Assembly (NCBI GenBank): GCA_019745565.1
Contig: JAIESW010000024.1
Span: 129 to 64,128, forward strand
Length of the DNA: 64,000 nucleotides
Direction of reading: 5' to 3'
DNA from: Burkholderiales bacterium
Lineage (GTDB): Bacteria > Pseudomonadota > Gammaproteobacteria > Burkholderiales > Ga0077523
Positions 36,559 through 45,755 of this stretch are shown here, in pieces. Position 1 is the first letter of the stretch; each line of letters starts with the position of its first letter. Under the pieces are notes generated by a model. The model did not search any database. It worked only from the letters and a program-made list of their open reading frames with translations, and was not told where the DNA came from. The translations under genes were made by a program, and so were the position numbers.

Positions 36559-36580
36559 ATTTCGATAATCATCGAAATAT
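36557..36580. promoter_or_regulatory. candidate ArsR operator (perfect 10-4-10 inverted repeat)
   Basis: ATATTTCGAT-AATC-ATCGAAATAT overlaps the arsR start codon, in an AT-rich patch upstream of the ars operon. Confidence 0.7.
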
Positions 36581-36671
36581 CGAAGTCTTGTCAAGCCTGG
36601 AATCCGGGACATGAGCCGGATGCCGGTACACTCGCGACCTTTTCGGTTTCCAGTCCAACGAGAGGTCGAGC

Positions 36672-37730
36672 ATGGGTGCAGCGAGGATCGCCGTCATCGC
36701 CGGAGACGGCATCGGGAAGGAAGTGATGCCCGAGGGTGTGCGCGTTGTCGACGCGGCCGCACGTAAGTTCGGCATCGACCTCGCGTTCGACCATTTCGAC
36801 TGGAGCTGCGACAACTACGATCGGCACGGCTGGTGGATGCCGCCCGACTGGCGCGACAGGATCGGCGGCCACGACTGCATATTCTTCGGCGCCACCGGCT
36901 GGCCGGCGAAGGTTCCCGACCACAAGTCGCTGTGGGATTCGCTGATCCTGTTCCGCCGCGGCTTCGATCAATACGTGAACCTCCGACCGGTGCGACTGCT
37001 GCCGGGCATTCCGTGCCCGCTGGCGGGCCGCAAGCTGGGCGACATCGACTACTACGTGGTGCGCGAGAACACCGAGGGCGAGTATTCGGCGGTCGGCGGG
37101 CGGTTGTTCGAGGGCACCGAGCGCGAGATGGCGATGCAGCAGTCGATCTTCACGCGCAAGGGCGTGGACCGGATCATGAAGTTCGCTTTCGACCTCGCGA
37201 TGCAGCGGCCGCGCAAGCTGGTGACGTCCGCTACCAAGTCGAACGGCATCTCCATCACCATGCCCTACTGGGACGAGCGCTTCGCCGCGATGGGCGGGCA
37301 GTACCCCGACGTGAAGACCAGCCAGTACCACATCGACGGCCTCACCATCCAGCTCGTGCTGAACCCGCAGCGCTTCGACGTGATCGTCGCCTCCAACCTG
37401 TTCGGGGACATCATCTCCGACCTCGGGCCTGCCACCGCCGGCACCATCGGTGTGGCTCCGTCGGGCAACATCAATCCGGAGCGGAAATTTCCTTCACTGT
37501 TCGAACCGGTCCATGGCTCGGCACCCGATATTTACGGCAAGAGGATCGCCAATCCGGTGGGACAGATCTGGTCGGGCGCGATGATGCTGGAGCACCTCGG
37601 GCACCGCCCGGCGGCGGCTGCCATCGTGAGTGCGATCGAGAAGGTGCTCGCCGATGGCCCGCGGACGCCCGACGTGGGCGGCACGGCGAGCACCGAGGAC
37701 ATGGGGAAGGCGATCGCGGCAAGCTTGTAA
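36672..37730 (+). CDS. tartrate dehydrogenase/decarboxylase-like (isopropylmalate/isocitrate dehydrogenase superfamily)
   Basis: 352 aa. IAVIAGDGIGKEV, VRENTEGEYS, NLFGDIISDL motifs. Length and N-terminus resemble TtuC. Confidence 0.75.
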   Translation: MGAARIAVIAGDGIGKEVMPEGVRVVDAAARKFGIDLAFDHFDWSCDNYDRHGWWMPPDWRDRIGGHDCIFFGATGWPAKVPDHKSLWDSLILFRRGFDQYVNLRPVRLLPGIPCPLAGRKLGDIDYYVVRENTEGEYSAVGGRLFEGTEREMAMQQSIFTRKGVDRIMKFAFDLAMQRPRKLVTSATKSNGISITMPYWDERFAAMGGQYPDVKTSQYHIDGLTIQLVLNPQRFDVIVASNLFGDIISDLGPATAGTIGVAPSGNINPERKFPSLFEPVHGSAPDIYGKRIANPVGQIWSGAMMLEHLGHRPAAAAIVSAIEKVLADGPRTPDVGGTASTEDMGKAIAASL

Positions 37731-37734
37731 AGCG

Positions 37735-37827
37735 GCCCCCATCCCAACCTTCCCCCGCGCTGGCGCGCGGGGGAAGGGGTGTACATCCCCTCCCCCAGCT
37801 TTGCTTGGGGAGGGTTAGGGTGGGGGC
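37735..37827. repeat. REP-like nested palindromic element, copy 6
   Basis: GCCCCCATCCCAACCTTCCCCCGCGC…GCGCGGGGGAAGGGGTGTACATCCCCTCCCCC…GGGGAGGGTTAGGGTGGGGGC. Sits between convergent genes. Confidence 0.9.
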
Positions 37828-37962
37828 TTCACGTGCTGCTTGATTTCGCAGACGGTATCTTCCCCCGGCGTGCCGGGGGAACGAGTGCCTGCGGTTACGG
37901 ATTTCCCGAGGGGGCTGCAGATGCCGTATCACTGCCGGCCGGTGACCCGACGGTGTTTCGCG

Positions 37963-39651
37963 CTACCGGATCAATCGCCCAGGCAATGCGCCGGTGTGCT
38001 CGTCGTTACACACCGTCTCCACCCCCGCCACGAACGTGTGCCGGTATCCCTGCGCGCGCTGCATCAGCCGCTTGCCGCCCGCGGGCAGGTCGTACACCAC
38101 CTCGTGCGGCATGACCTTCAGCCGGTCGAAGTCGATCACGTTCACGTCCGCGCGATAGCCGGGTTTCAACAGGCCACGATCGAGCAGCCCGTAGGAGTGG
38201 GCCGAGGCAGAGGTTTGCTTCCGCACCAGATACTCCAGCGGAATGCGTTCGCCGCGTTTGCGATCCCGTGCCCAGTGCGTGAGCACGAAAGTGGGCGCGC
38301 TCGCATCGCAGATGGTGCAGACGTGCGCGCCGCCGTCGCCGAGACCCATGACCGTGCAATCGTCGTCGATCATCTCGCGGATGACTTCGAGATCGCCCCA
38401 GTAGTAGTTCTCGAAGGTGTGGGTCAGCAGCCGCTTGCCGTCGTCGGCCAGCATGGTGTCGAGCGCCAGCGACCAGGGATCCACATTCATCCGGGCCGCG
38501 CGCGCGGCGATGCTGTCATTCGTGTTCGGTTCGTAGTCGTAGCTCGAGTCGAGCGAATAGGTGCGTGGGAGCGCTGCATCGATCATGCGTGTGTGATCTT
38601 CATCGGGTCGATCCTGCACGAGGACGCGCCGCAGATCCGGATCGCGCATGATGCGGTCGTAGCGCTCGCGCGGACTTAGGTTCGACAGGGCGATCCACGC
38701 CGGATGGGTCGAGAACGGATTCAAGCTCGTCTCGAGACCCCACATGACGCCGATGGGGCGGCTGCCCACCTGACCGGTGAAGTCCAGTCCGGCGGCGCGG
38801 GCGGCGCGGATGCGGTCGCGCGTGTCGCGCCAGAGGTCGGGCGCGTTGCTGACCTGAACCAGCAGGATCGACAGGGGCCGTCCGGCTGCGACAGCGGCGG
38901 CCTGCAGGATGTCGAACTCGCCTTCGCCGAAATCGGAGTTCACCTCGATCACGCCGCGTCCGGCGCGCTTCATCGCCGCGGCCAGTCCGAACAGTTCGCG
39001 TTCGCGGGCGGAGAGGCTCGGCGTCGAGCGGCCGTCGCGCGCGCGATGCTTGATGGTGCGGGATGTGGTGAAGCCCAGTGCGCCCGCTTGCAGCGACTGC
39101 TCCAGGAGTTCGCCCATGGTGGCGATCTCGGCATCCGTGGGTTGCGAGGCGTGATCCAGGCCGCGCTCGCCCATCGCGAAGTAGCGCAGCGCCGCGTGCG
39201 GCACTTGCGCGCCGATGTCCATTACCTTCGGTGTGCGGTCGAGAACGTCGAGGTAGTCGGGAAAGGATTGCCAGTCGAACTTGACGCCCTCGGCCAGCAC
39301 GGTGCCGGGAATGTCCTCGATGCCTTCCATCAGGTTGATGAGCGCCGGCGCCGTGCCCGGACGCACCGGCGCGAAGCCCACGCCGCAATTGCCCATCACC
39401 GCCGTGGTCACGCCATGGCACGAGGACGGCGTCAGGTACGGATCCCACGTGGCCTGACCGTCGTAGTGGGTGTGGATGTCGACGAAGCCGGGGGTGACCA
39501 GCAGGCCGCGCGCGTCGATCTCGCGCCGGCCGGGGCCGATGGTGCCGCCCACGGCAGTGATGGTGCCGCCGTCGATGGCGATGTCGGCTTCGCGACGCGG
39601 CGCGCCGCTTCCGTCCACGACGGTACCGCCGCGGATCACGAGCTGATGCAT
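37963..39651 (-). CDS. N-acyl-D-amino-acid deacylase (D-aminoacylase) family amidohydrolase
   Basis: 562 aa. [16 protein letters not shown]… [11 protein letters not shown] metal-binding motif. Confidence 0.8.
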   Translation of the reverse strand: MHQLVIRGGTVVDGSGAPRREADIAIDGGTITAVGGTIGPGRREIDARGLLVTPGFVDIHTHYDGQATWDPYLTPSSCHGVTTAVMGNCGVGFAPVRPGTAPALINLMEGIEDIPGTVLAEGVKFDWQSFPDYLDVLDRTPKVMDIGAQVPHAALRYFAMGERGLDHASQPTDAEIATMGELLEQSLQAGALGFTTSRTIKHRARDGRSTPSLSARERELFGLAAAMKRAGRGVIEVNSDFGEGEFDILQAAAVAAGRPLSILLVQVSNAPDLWRDTRDRIRAARAAGLDFTGQVGSRPIGVMWGLETSLNPFSTHPAWIALSNLSPRERYDRIMRDPDLRRVLVQDRPDEDHTRMIDAALPRTYSLDSSYDYEPNTNDSIAARAARMNVDPWSLALDTMLADDGKRLLTHTFENYYWGDLEVIREMIDDDCTVMGLGDGGAHVCTICDASAPTFVLTHWARDRKRGERIPLEYLVRKQTSASAHSYGLLDRGLLKPGYRADVNVIDFDRLKVMPHEVVYDLPAGGKRLMQRAQGYRHTFVAGVETVCNDEHTGALPGRLIR

Positions 39652-39714
39652 CGAAACTCCCTCCTCAACTTGTTATCGGATCGTCGGAGGGTCCATGCCC
39701 TGCGCGATCGTCCT

Positions 39715-40368
39715 TCAGAACTCGGCGTCCAGCTCTTCGAGATCGTCCGGTTCGCCTTGGGCCGCCGCCAGCCATTCCTGCATGGCGGGAAGCGCAAGTA
39801 TGCGCTCGCAGTAGGCCTTGCCGGCGGGGTCGAGCGGCACTTCGTAGGTGTCGAAGCGCGTGCATTCGGGCGCGAACATGGCATCGGCCATGGACAGCGG
39901 CCCGAACAGGTACGGGCCGCCATACGCCGTGAGGCACTCGCGCCAGATGGTGACGATGCGTCCGATGTCCGCCTGCGCACCGGCCCAGACCTTGAAGCCC
40001 GGGTAACTCCCGCGCAGGTTCATGGGCAGCGCCGCGCGCAGGTTGCTGAAGCCGGAATGCAATTCCCCGCATACCGCGCGACAGTGCGCGCGGGCCTTGC
40101 GATCGGCGGGCAGCAGCCCGGCTTTGGGAAAGGTTTCGTGCAGGTATTCGGCAATGGCGAGCGTGTCCCAGACCGTCACCCCGTCGTGCTCGAGCTTCGG
40201 CACCAGGAAGGACGGGGACAGCGCGAGCAACTCGGCGCGCACCGAGGGGTCATCGCTGGGGATCACGCGCTCGGTGAAGTCGAGGCCGGCCATCCGGCAG
40301 AGAAGCCAGCCGCGGAGCGACCAGGCCCCGTAGTTGCGGCTGTTGATGGTGAGCGTTGCCTTGGACAT
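39715..40368 (-). CDS. glutathione S-transferase family protein
   Basis: 217 aa. Thioredoxin-like N-domain (…VPKLEHDGVTVWDTLAIAEYL…). Confidence 0.75.
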   Translation of the reverse strand: MSKATLTINSRNYGAWSLRGWLLCRMAGLDFTERVIPSDDPSVRAELLALSPSFLVPKLEHDGVTVWDTLAIAEYLHETFPKAGLLPADRKARAHCRAVCGELHSGFSNLRAALPMNLRGSYPGFKVWAGAQADIGRIVTIWRECLTAYGGPYLFGPLSMADAMFAPECTRFDTYEVPLDPAGKAYCERILALPAMQEWLAAAQGEPDDLEELDAEF

Positions 40369-40538
40369 GGTGGAGGGCCTGCTGGGCGATGACTGCTGGC
40401 GATGATGACAGGGGGATGTCGCTGCGGTGCATCAACTTGAGGCAGAATGGCGCTGCCGATCGGGACCTGCCTGACCTTTTTACCTTCGGCAAGGGTCGGG
40501 AGGATTATGACGCTGCGGTGCGGGATAGAACAACACGC

Positions 40539-41756
40539 ATGATTTATCAGGCCTACCAGACGCAAGCCGACCTCTTCGAGCCGATCCGGGCGCTGGCTCG
40601 TGACACTGCCAAAGCCCTGGCGCCCTACGGCGGCGCCGGGTCGGGCGCCCGGGTGGCGCGCCGCTGGGCCGCTGCCTGCGAACTGCTGTCGCGCGCGGCG
40701 TTGAGCCACCACCGCCCCGACTTCGGGATTCCCCAGGTCGTGTGCGACGGAAAGGACGTCGCCGTGACCGAGGAAGCCGCGCTGGTGACCCCTTTCGCGA
40801 CCCTGCTGCGCTTTCGCAAGGACACGACGATCGAGCAGCCGCGGGTGCTGGTGGTGGCGCCGTTGTCCGGCCATTTCGCCACCCTGCTGCGCGGAACGGT
40901 CCAGACGCTGCTGCCCGAGCACGATGTCTACATCACCGACTGGCACAACGCTCGCGACGTCGGAGCCGAGCACGGCAAGTTCGGCCTCGACGAATACACC
41001 GACCACGTCATCCGCTTCCTGGAGCATCTCGGGCCCGGTGCGCACGTGGTTGCGGTTTGCCAGCCCTGCGTCTCGACGCTTTCCGCAGTGGCCGTGATGG
41101 CGGCGTCGGGCAATCCGGCGCAGCCGCGCAGCATGACGCTGATGGCGGGTCCGATCGACACCCGCATCAACCCGACACGAGTCAACGAGCTCGCGACCGG
41201 AAAGTCGATCGACTGGTTCGAGCGCAACCTCATCTCCACGGTGCCGGCGAAGTTCGCAGGCGGTGGCCGCCGCGTATACCCCGGCTTCGTGCAGCTGACA
41301 GCATTCATGTCCATGAATCTCGACCGGCACATCAAGGCGCACGTCGAGATGTACGAGCACCTGGCCGCGGGCGACTACGACAAGGCGCAGGTCACCAAGG
41401 ACTTCTACGACGAATACTTCGCGGTGCTCGATCTCACCGCCGAGTTCTACCTCGAGACCGTGCGCACGGTGTTCCAGGAATGCGCGCTGGCGCGGGGCGA
41501 ACTCCGGTGGCGCGGGGAGAAGGTGGAGCCGAAGGCGATCCGTCGCACGGCCTTGCTGACGGTCGAAGGCGAGAAGGACGACATCTGTGCACTCGGGCAG
41601 ACCCTCGCGGCCCAGGATCTGTGCAGCGGCATCCGGCCGTACATGAAGCGCCACCACATGCAGGCCGGCGTCGGGCACTACGGCGTGTTCAGCGGCAAGC
41701 GCTGGCAGAACCAGATCTACCCGATCGTGCGCAACACGATCCTCGCGAGCGCTTGA
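40539..41756 (+). CDS. phaZ: intracellular polyhydroxyalkanoate (PHB) depolymerase
   Basis: 405 aa from MIYQAYQTQADLFEPIR, the characteristic PhaZ N-terminus. Track ORF trimmed. Confidence 0.8.
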   Translation: MIYQAYQTQADLFEPIRALARDTAKALAPYGGAGSGARVARRWAAACELLSRAALSHHRPDFGIPQVVCDGKDVAVTEEAALVTPFATLLRFRKDTTIEQPRVLVVAPLSGHFATLLRGTVQTLLPEHDVYITDWHNARDVGAEHGKFGLDEYTDHVIRFLEHLGPGAHVVAVCQPCVSTLSAVAVMAASGNPAQPRSMTLMAGPIDTRINPTRVNELATGKSIDWFERNLISTVPAKFAGGGRRVYPGFVQLTAFMSMNLDRHIKAHVEMYEHLAAGDYDKAQVTKDFYDEYFAVLDLTAEFYLETVRTVFQECALARGELRWRGEKVEPKAIRRTALLTVEGEKDDICALGQTLAAQDLCSGIRPYMKRHHMQAGVGHYGVFSGKRWQNQIYPIVRNTILASA

Positions 41757-41765
41757 AGCGGATGA

Positions 41766-41783
41766 GCCCCGCCCGAGCGGGGC
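41766..41783. terminator. short hairpin between convergent phaZ and the secreted-protein gene
   Basis: GCCCCGC-CCGA-GCGGGGC. No T-run. Confidence 0.35.
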
Positions 41784-41813
41784 CCGATGGTGCGATGGTG
41801 CCGAGTCAGGCGG

Positions 41814-42329
41814 TCACTTGTTCCAGGTGGCGTAGCCGCTGGTGGTGCCGTCGGACCAGTTGATCTGCGTGACGCCAACGAAGGTGTTGTTGGTGCCGAC
41901 GATACCCTTGTACTTGCCGGTGCCGGCCGTGAAGGTGAACGTGCCTGGTCCGCGGCCACCCGGGCCGGGCGTGCCGGCGTTCTTCCACGACAGGACGGCT
42001 TGATCGCCATCTACATCTTGCATCACGCAGTAGCCGCCGGCGTTGGTCTTGCCCGCATTGAAGTCTGCGTCGAAGTAGGCAGGGCAGCGGACTCCGGCCA
42101 GGTGCATCAGACCGCCCGCACCCTTGTCGCTGAAGAACGAGCCGCTGAACTCTCCCACCCAGTACCAGTGGCCCTTCTCCAGCTCGAGCGCCTTGCCGAC
42201 ACCGAACCAGCCGAACGTTCCGACGGGCTTCTCCTGCGCAACTGCGGTTCCGGCGAGCGCCATTGCGACGGCTCCGAGCAGCGCTGCGGCGGTACGGGCT
42301 CCTCCCGACGGTTTCTTGTTGCTGTTCAT
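41814..42329 (-). CDS. small secreted protein of unknown function
   Basis: 171 aa. Signal peptide …AAALLGAVAMALAGTAVAQ. Gly/Thr-rich beta-type sequence with two Cys. Confidence 0.5.
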   Translation of the reverse strand: MNSNKKPSGGARTAAALLGAVAMALAGTAVAQEKPVGTFGWFGVGKALELEKGHWYWVGEFSGSFFSDKGAGGLMHLAGVRCPAYFDADFNAGKTNAGGYCVMQDVDGDQAVLSWKNAGTPGPGGRGPGTFTFTAGTGKYKGIVGTNNTFVGVTQINWSDGTTSGYATWNK

Positions 42330-42488
42330 TCGATCGCTCCCAAGGTTCGTGAAGTGGGCGGTCCCCGTGCATGGGTCCCGCGACGGGGCGCGGTCAGAAC
42401 GGCGGTCCACACCCGACGCGGATTGTCGTGGGACGGTACTTACGAATGACTTACGAATAACGGTGGGATGGATCTGCCGCCGGCGGGG

Positions 42489-43439
42489 TCACGTCACCAG
42501 ATTCTGAGGCCGACCCGCAGCCCAGGCCTCGACGTTGTCGATCAACTGGTCGGCCAGCGCCTGCATTGCCGCGTTCGAGGCCCAGGCGACATGCGGCGTC
42601 AGGATGAAGTTGGGACGCCGGAGGTCGAGCAGCGGATGTCCGTCGCGCGGCGGCTCCGTGGTGAGCACGTCGAAGCCTGCCCCGGCGATCAGACCTTCGT
42701 CGAGCGCCTGGATCAACGCGCTTTCGTTCACCAATCCGCCGCGCGAGGTGTTGATGAGCAGCGCGCTGCGCTTCATCGCCCTCAACTGTTCGATGCCGAT
42801 GAGGTCTCGTGTGGCGGGCGTGAGCGGGCAGTGGAGCGACAGCACGTCGGACTCTGCCAGCACCTGATCGAAGGGCGTGAACTCGAGGCCTTCCATTTTC
42901 GGCGGCGCGTGGTCCGCGAACAGGACGCGCATGCCGAAACCGCGGCCGATCGCGGCGGTGGCCTGGCCGATCGCCCCTTCGCCGATGATGCCCAGCGTGG
43001 AGCCGTGCAGATCGCCGATGTCGTGCGTGAAGAAGCAGAAATTCTTCGACTGCTGCCAGACGCCGCTCTCCACGTCCCGGCGATAGGCCAGCAGATTACG
43101 ACGCAGCGCCAGGATCAGCGCGAACGCGTGCTCGGGCACCGTGTGGATCGCATAGTTGCGGATGTTCGCGACGGCGATGCCGTGGGCGCGGCAGGCCGCG
43201 ACGTCGACGACGTCGTAGCCGGTGGCGGACACCGCGATCATGCGAAGCTGCGGCAGCTGCGCGAGCGCGGGTTCGCGCAATTCAACCTTGTTGACGAGCG
43301 CGATGGTGGCGTCGCGCAGCCGCGGCACGACATCTTCCGGAGCCGTGGACGGAAACTCGTTCCAGGTGTGCTCGAAACGCGGGCGGCGGATGTGGGCCTT
43401 GATCGAATCGCGTTCGAGCAGGACGACGCGGTGGCTCAC
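42489..43439 (-). CDS. D-2-hydroxyacid dehydrogenase (glycerate dehydrogenase/hydroxypyruvate reductase-like)
   Basis: 316 aa. NAD motif GIIGEGAIGQATAAIGRGFGMRV, then NTSRGGLV and TPHVAW. GTG start overlaps the aminotransferase stop (GTGA). Confidence 0.8.
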   Translation of the reverse strand: MSHRVVLLERDSIKAHIRRPRFEHTWNEFPSTAPEDVVPRLRDATIALVNKVELREPALAQLPQLRMIAVSATGYDVVDVAACRAHGIAVANIRNYAIHTVPEHAFALILALRRNLLAYRRDVESGVWQQSKNFCFFTHDIGDLHGSTLGIIGEGAIGQATAAIGRGFGMRVLFADHAPPKMEGLEFTPFDQVLAESDVLSLHCPLTPATRDLIGIEQLRAMKRSALLINTSRGGLVNESALIQALDEGLIAGAGFDVLTTEPPRDGHPLLDLRRPNFILTPHVAWASNAAMQALADQLIDNVEAWAAGRPQNLVT

Positions 43440-44662
43440 CGGTGGTCGCCGGCAGCCGCCGTTGCGGTCGACACCACCTTCGTCTTCGCTGCCGCATCGC
43501 TGCCGCGCCAGTAATTCTGCGCGGCGGCGACGCCGCTGCCCGGTTCGATGCGCATGCCGGCGTCCTGCATCGCCATCTCCGCGCCGCCGAGCGCGCCCAG
43601 CAGCATCAGTTCGTTGAGATCGCCGATATGGGCGATGCGGAACACCTTGCCTGCTACTTTCGCGAGGCCGGTGCCGAGCGAGAGGTTGTAGCGGCGGAAT
43701 GCGATATCGATGATGCGGGCGCTGTCGATCCCTTCCGGCACCACGATCGCGGAGACCGTATCGGAGTACCACTTCGGCGCGCGTGCGCAGAGACCTAGCT
43801 GCCAGCCGTCGAGGATCGCCGCACGGACGCCGGCGGCCAGGCGACGGTGACGCTGGAAGACGTTCTCCAGTCCTTCCTCTTCGATCATCGCGAGCGATTC
43901 ACGCAGGCCGCGCAGCAGCATCAGTGCCGGGGTGTAGGGGAAGTATCCGGTGGCGTTCGACTTCATCATGTTGCCGAAGTCGAAGAAGTAGCGCGGCTGC
44001 GCCGACTTCTCCTGCGCGGCGAGCGCCTTCTCGCTGACGCAGACGATGCCGAGGCCGGCGGGCAGCATCAGGCCCTTCTGGGAAGCGGCGACGCAGGCGT
44101 CGATGCCCCATTCGTCCATACGTAGGTCGATGCTGGCGAGCGAGCTCACCGCGTCAACGAGCAGCAGGGCCGGATGCTGCGCGGCGTCGAGCGCGCGCCG
44201 CACTGCGGCAACGTCGCTGGTGACGCCGGTGGATGTTTCGTTGTGCGTGACGAGCACTGCCTTGATGGCGTGCGCCCTGTCCTTCTCCAGGATCTCGAGG
44301 AAGCGCTCGACCGGTGTGCCTTCACCCCATTCGGCGTCGAGGAGCTCGGCCTTGAACCCGAGGCGCTTCACCATTTCCACCCAGTTGTGGCTGAACTGCC
44401 CATGCCGCGCGGCCAGCACCAGGTCGCCGGGCGACAGGAGGTTGGTGAGCGCAGCCTCCCAGCCCCCGGTGCCGGTGGCCGGGAACACGATGGGCGTGCC
44501 CGATGTGGTCTTGAAAACCTTCTTCAGCCCACCGAGGACGGCGTGCCCGAGTTCGGGAAACTGCGGGGACCGATGGTCCTCCATCGCACCCAGCATCGCG
44601 TTCTGGACGCGGTCGGGCACGTTGGTGGGTCCGGGGATGAACAGGAAGTTGCGGCCGGCCAT
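43436..44662 (-). CDS. class V aminotransferase (serine-glyoxylate / alanine-glyoxylate type)
   Basis: 408 aa. MAGRNFLFIPGPTNVPDRV… and the PLP Lys context ASQKGLMLPAGLG. Confidence 0.8.
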   Translation of the reverse strand: MAGRNFLFIPGPTNVPDRVQNAMLGAMEDHRSPQFPELGHAVLGGLKKVFKTTSGTPIVFPATGTGGWEAALTNLLSPGDLVLAARHGQFSHNWVEMVKRLGFKAELLDAEWGEGTPVERFLEILEKDRAHAIKAVLVTHNETSTGVTSDVAAVRRALDAAQHPALLLVDAVSSLASIDLRMDEWGIDACVAASQKGLMLPAGLGIVCVSEKALAAQEKSAQPRYFFDFGNMMKSNATGYFPYTPALMLLRGLRESLAMIEEEGLENVFQRHRRLAAGVRAAILDGWQLGLCARAPKWYSDTVSAIVVPEGIDSARIIDIAFRRYNLSLGTGLAKVAGKVFRIAHIGDLNELMLLGALGGAEMAMQDAGMRIEPGSGVAAAQNYWRGSDAAAKTKVVSTATAAAGDHR

Positions 44663-44743
44663 TGAGGCATGCTCCAGGATGGGAGTCGCGCGAGTCGTGC
44701 ATGATACTAGGCCGCTTCCCGATCACTCCGGCAAAGGCCTGCC

Positions 44744-45157
44744 ATGTCCGACGTCGTCATCACGGTTGCCGACCTGCGCTTCACCGCCCGCTACGAGGCA
44801 GCGCTCGCCCCTGTCACGTGCCGGGTCTTTCGTAGCGCGCTGCCGTTCGCCAACAAGCTGATCCAGACCCGCTGGAGCGGCGAGGCGGCGTGGGTGCCGC
44901 TGGGCGATCTCGATCTGCGCATCCCGGTCGAAAACGCCACGAGCCATCCCTCGCGCGGCGACATTCTGTTCTATCCGCTGGGGGCGAGCGAGACCGAACT
45001 GCTGTTCCCCTACGGCAGCTGTCGTTTCTCCAGCAAGGTCGGGCAGCTCGCCGGCAATCACTTCCTGACCTTGACCTCCGGGCTGGAACTGTTGACCGAA
45101 CTCGGCCGGCGCGTATTGTGGGAAGGCGCTCAGCCGATTCGCATCGAAGCGGCCTGA
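44744..45157 (+). CDS. DUF3830-like (cyclophilin-like fold) protein
   Basis: 137 aa. MSDVVITVADLRFTARYE… WSGEAAWVPL… GDILFYP pattern as I recall for DUF3830. Confidence 0.5.
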   Translation: MSDVVITVADLRFTARYEAALAPVTCRVFRSALPFANKLIQTRWSGEAAWVPLGDLDLRIPVENATSHPSRGDILFYPLGASETELLFPYGSCRFSSKVGQLAGNHFLTLTSGLELLTELGRRVLWEGAQPIRIEAA

Positions 45158-45179
45158 ACCGCGCGCCGAGGTTTTCCGG

Positions 45180-45755
45180 GTGAAGAGCGCGCGCGAGTTG
45201 CTGGAACGCTATGTCGAAGCGAAGGACGACAACCGTCCGGCGTTGATGGCGCAGGTCTACCGACCGGACGCGGTTCTCAACTTCTCGATCGCCACCGACG
45301 AGATCCGCTTTCCCGGCGAAGTACACGGCGTCGAGGCGATCACCCGTACGCTCATCGTGGATTTCGGCGAGCGCTTTGTGCAGTGCAGAACGTACTACGT
45401 CAGCGAGGCGCCGCCGGCGGACGGCGACGACGGCACGGTGGTCCTGCCCTGGCTGGTGATCATGCGCGAGGCGGCGGGCGGCGCGCTGCGCGTCGGCAAG
45501 GGCCACTATCGTTGGCAGTTCGAGCGCGACGGCGCTGGCCGGCTGTGGGTCCGGGCGATGCACATCTTCATCGTGCGGATGGCCGCGATTCCGCCCGCGG
45601 ATGGCGAAGGGCTGATGACCGCGCGCCCGGAACTGCCCTATCCCTGGCTGCAGCCGGAAGAGTTGCGCCGCGTCGCCGATCGGCTGCTCGAACGCCAGCC
45701 GGAACTGCAGTTCCTGCGCGACTTTCGCGAACCGGTGGCCGCGCCGCACGCGTAG
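45180..45755 (+). CDS. hypothetical protein, NTF2/SnoaL-like N-domain
   Basis: 191-aa ORF, GTG start, high GC3, 22 nt after the DUF3830 gene. No recognisable catalytic motif. Confidence 0.45.
   Translation: MKSARELLERYVEAKDDNRPALMAQVYRPDAVLNFSIATDEIRFPGEVHGVEAITRTLIVDFGERFVQCRTYYVSEAPPADGDDGTVVLPWLVIMREAAGGALRVGKGHYRWQFERDGAGRLWVRAMHIFIVRMAAIPPADGEGLMTARPELPYPWLQPEELRRVADRLLERQPELQFLRDFREPVAAPHA

Noticed and set aside
1418-37827. Possibility that the repeated GGGGGAAGG…/CCCCCATCCC… motifs form a CRISPR array.
   Set aside because: The copies are kilobases apart, internally palindromic, in both orientations and of variable length. No regularly spaced repeat-spacer structure and no cas genes are present.
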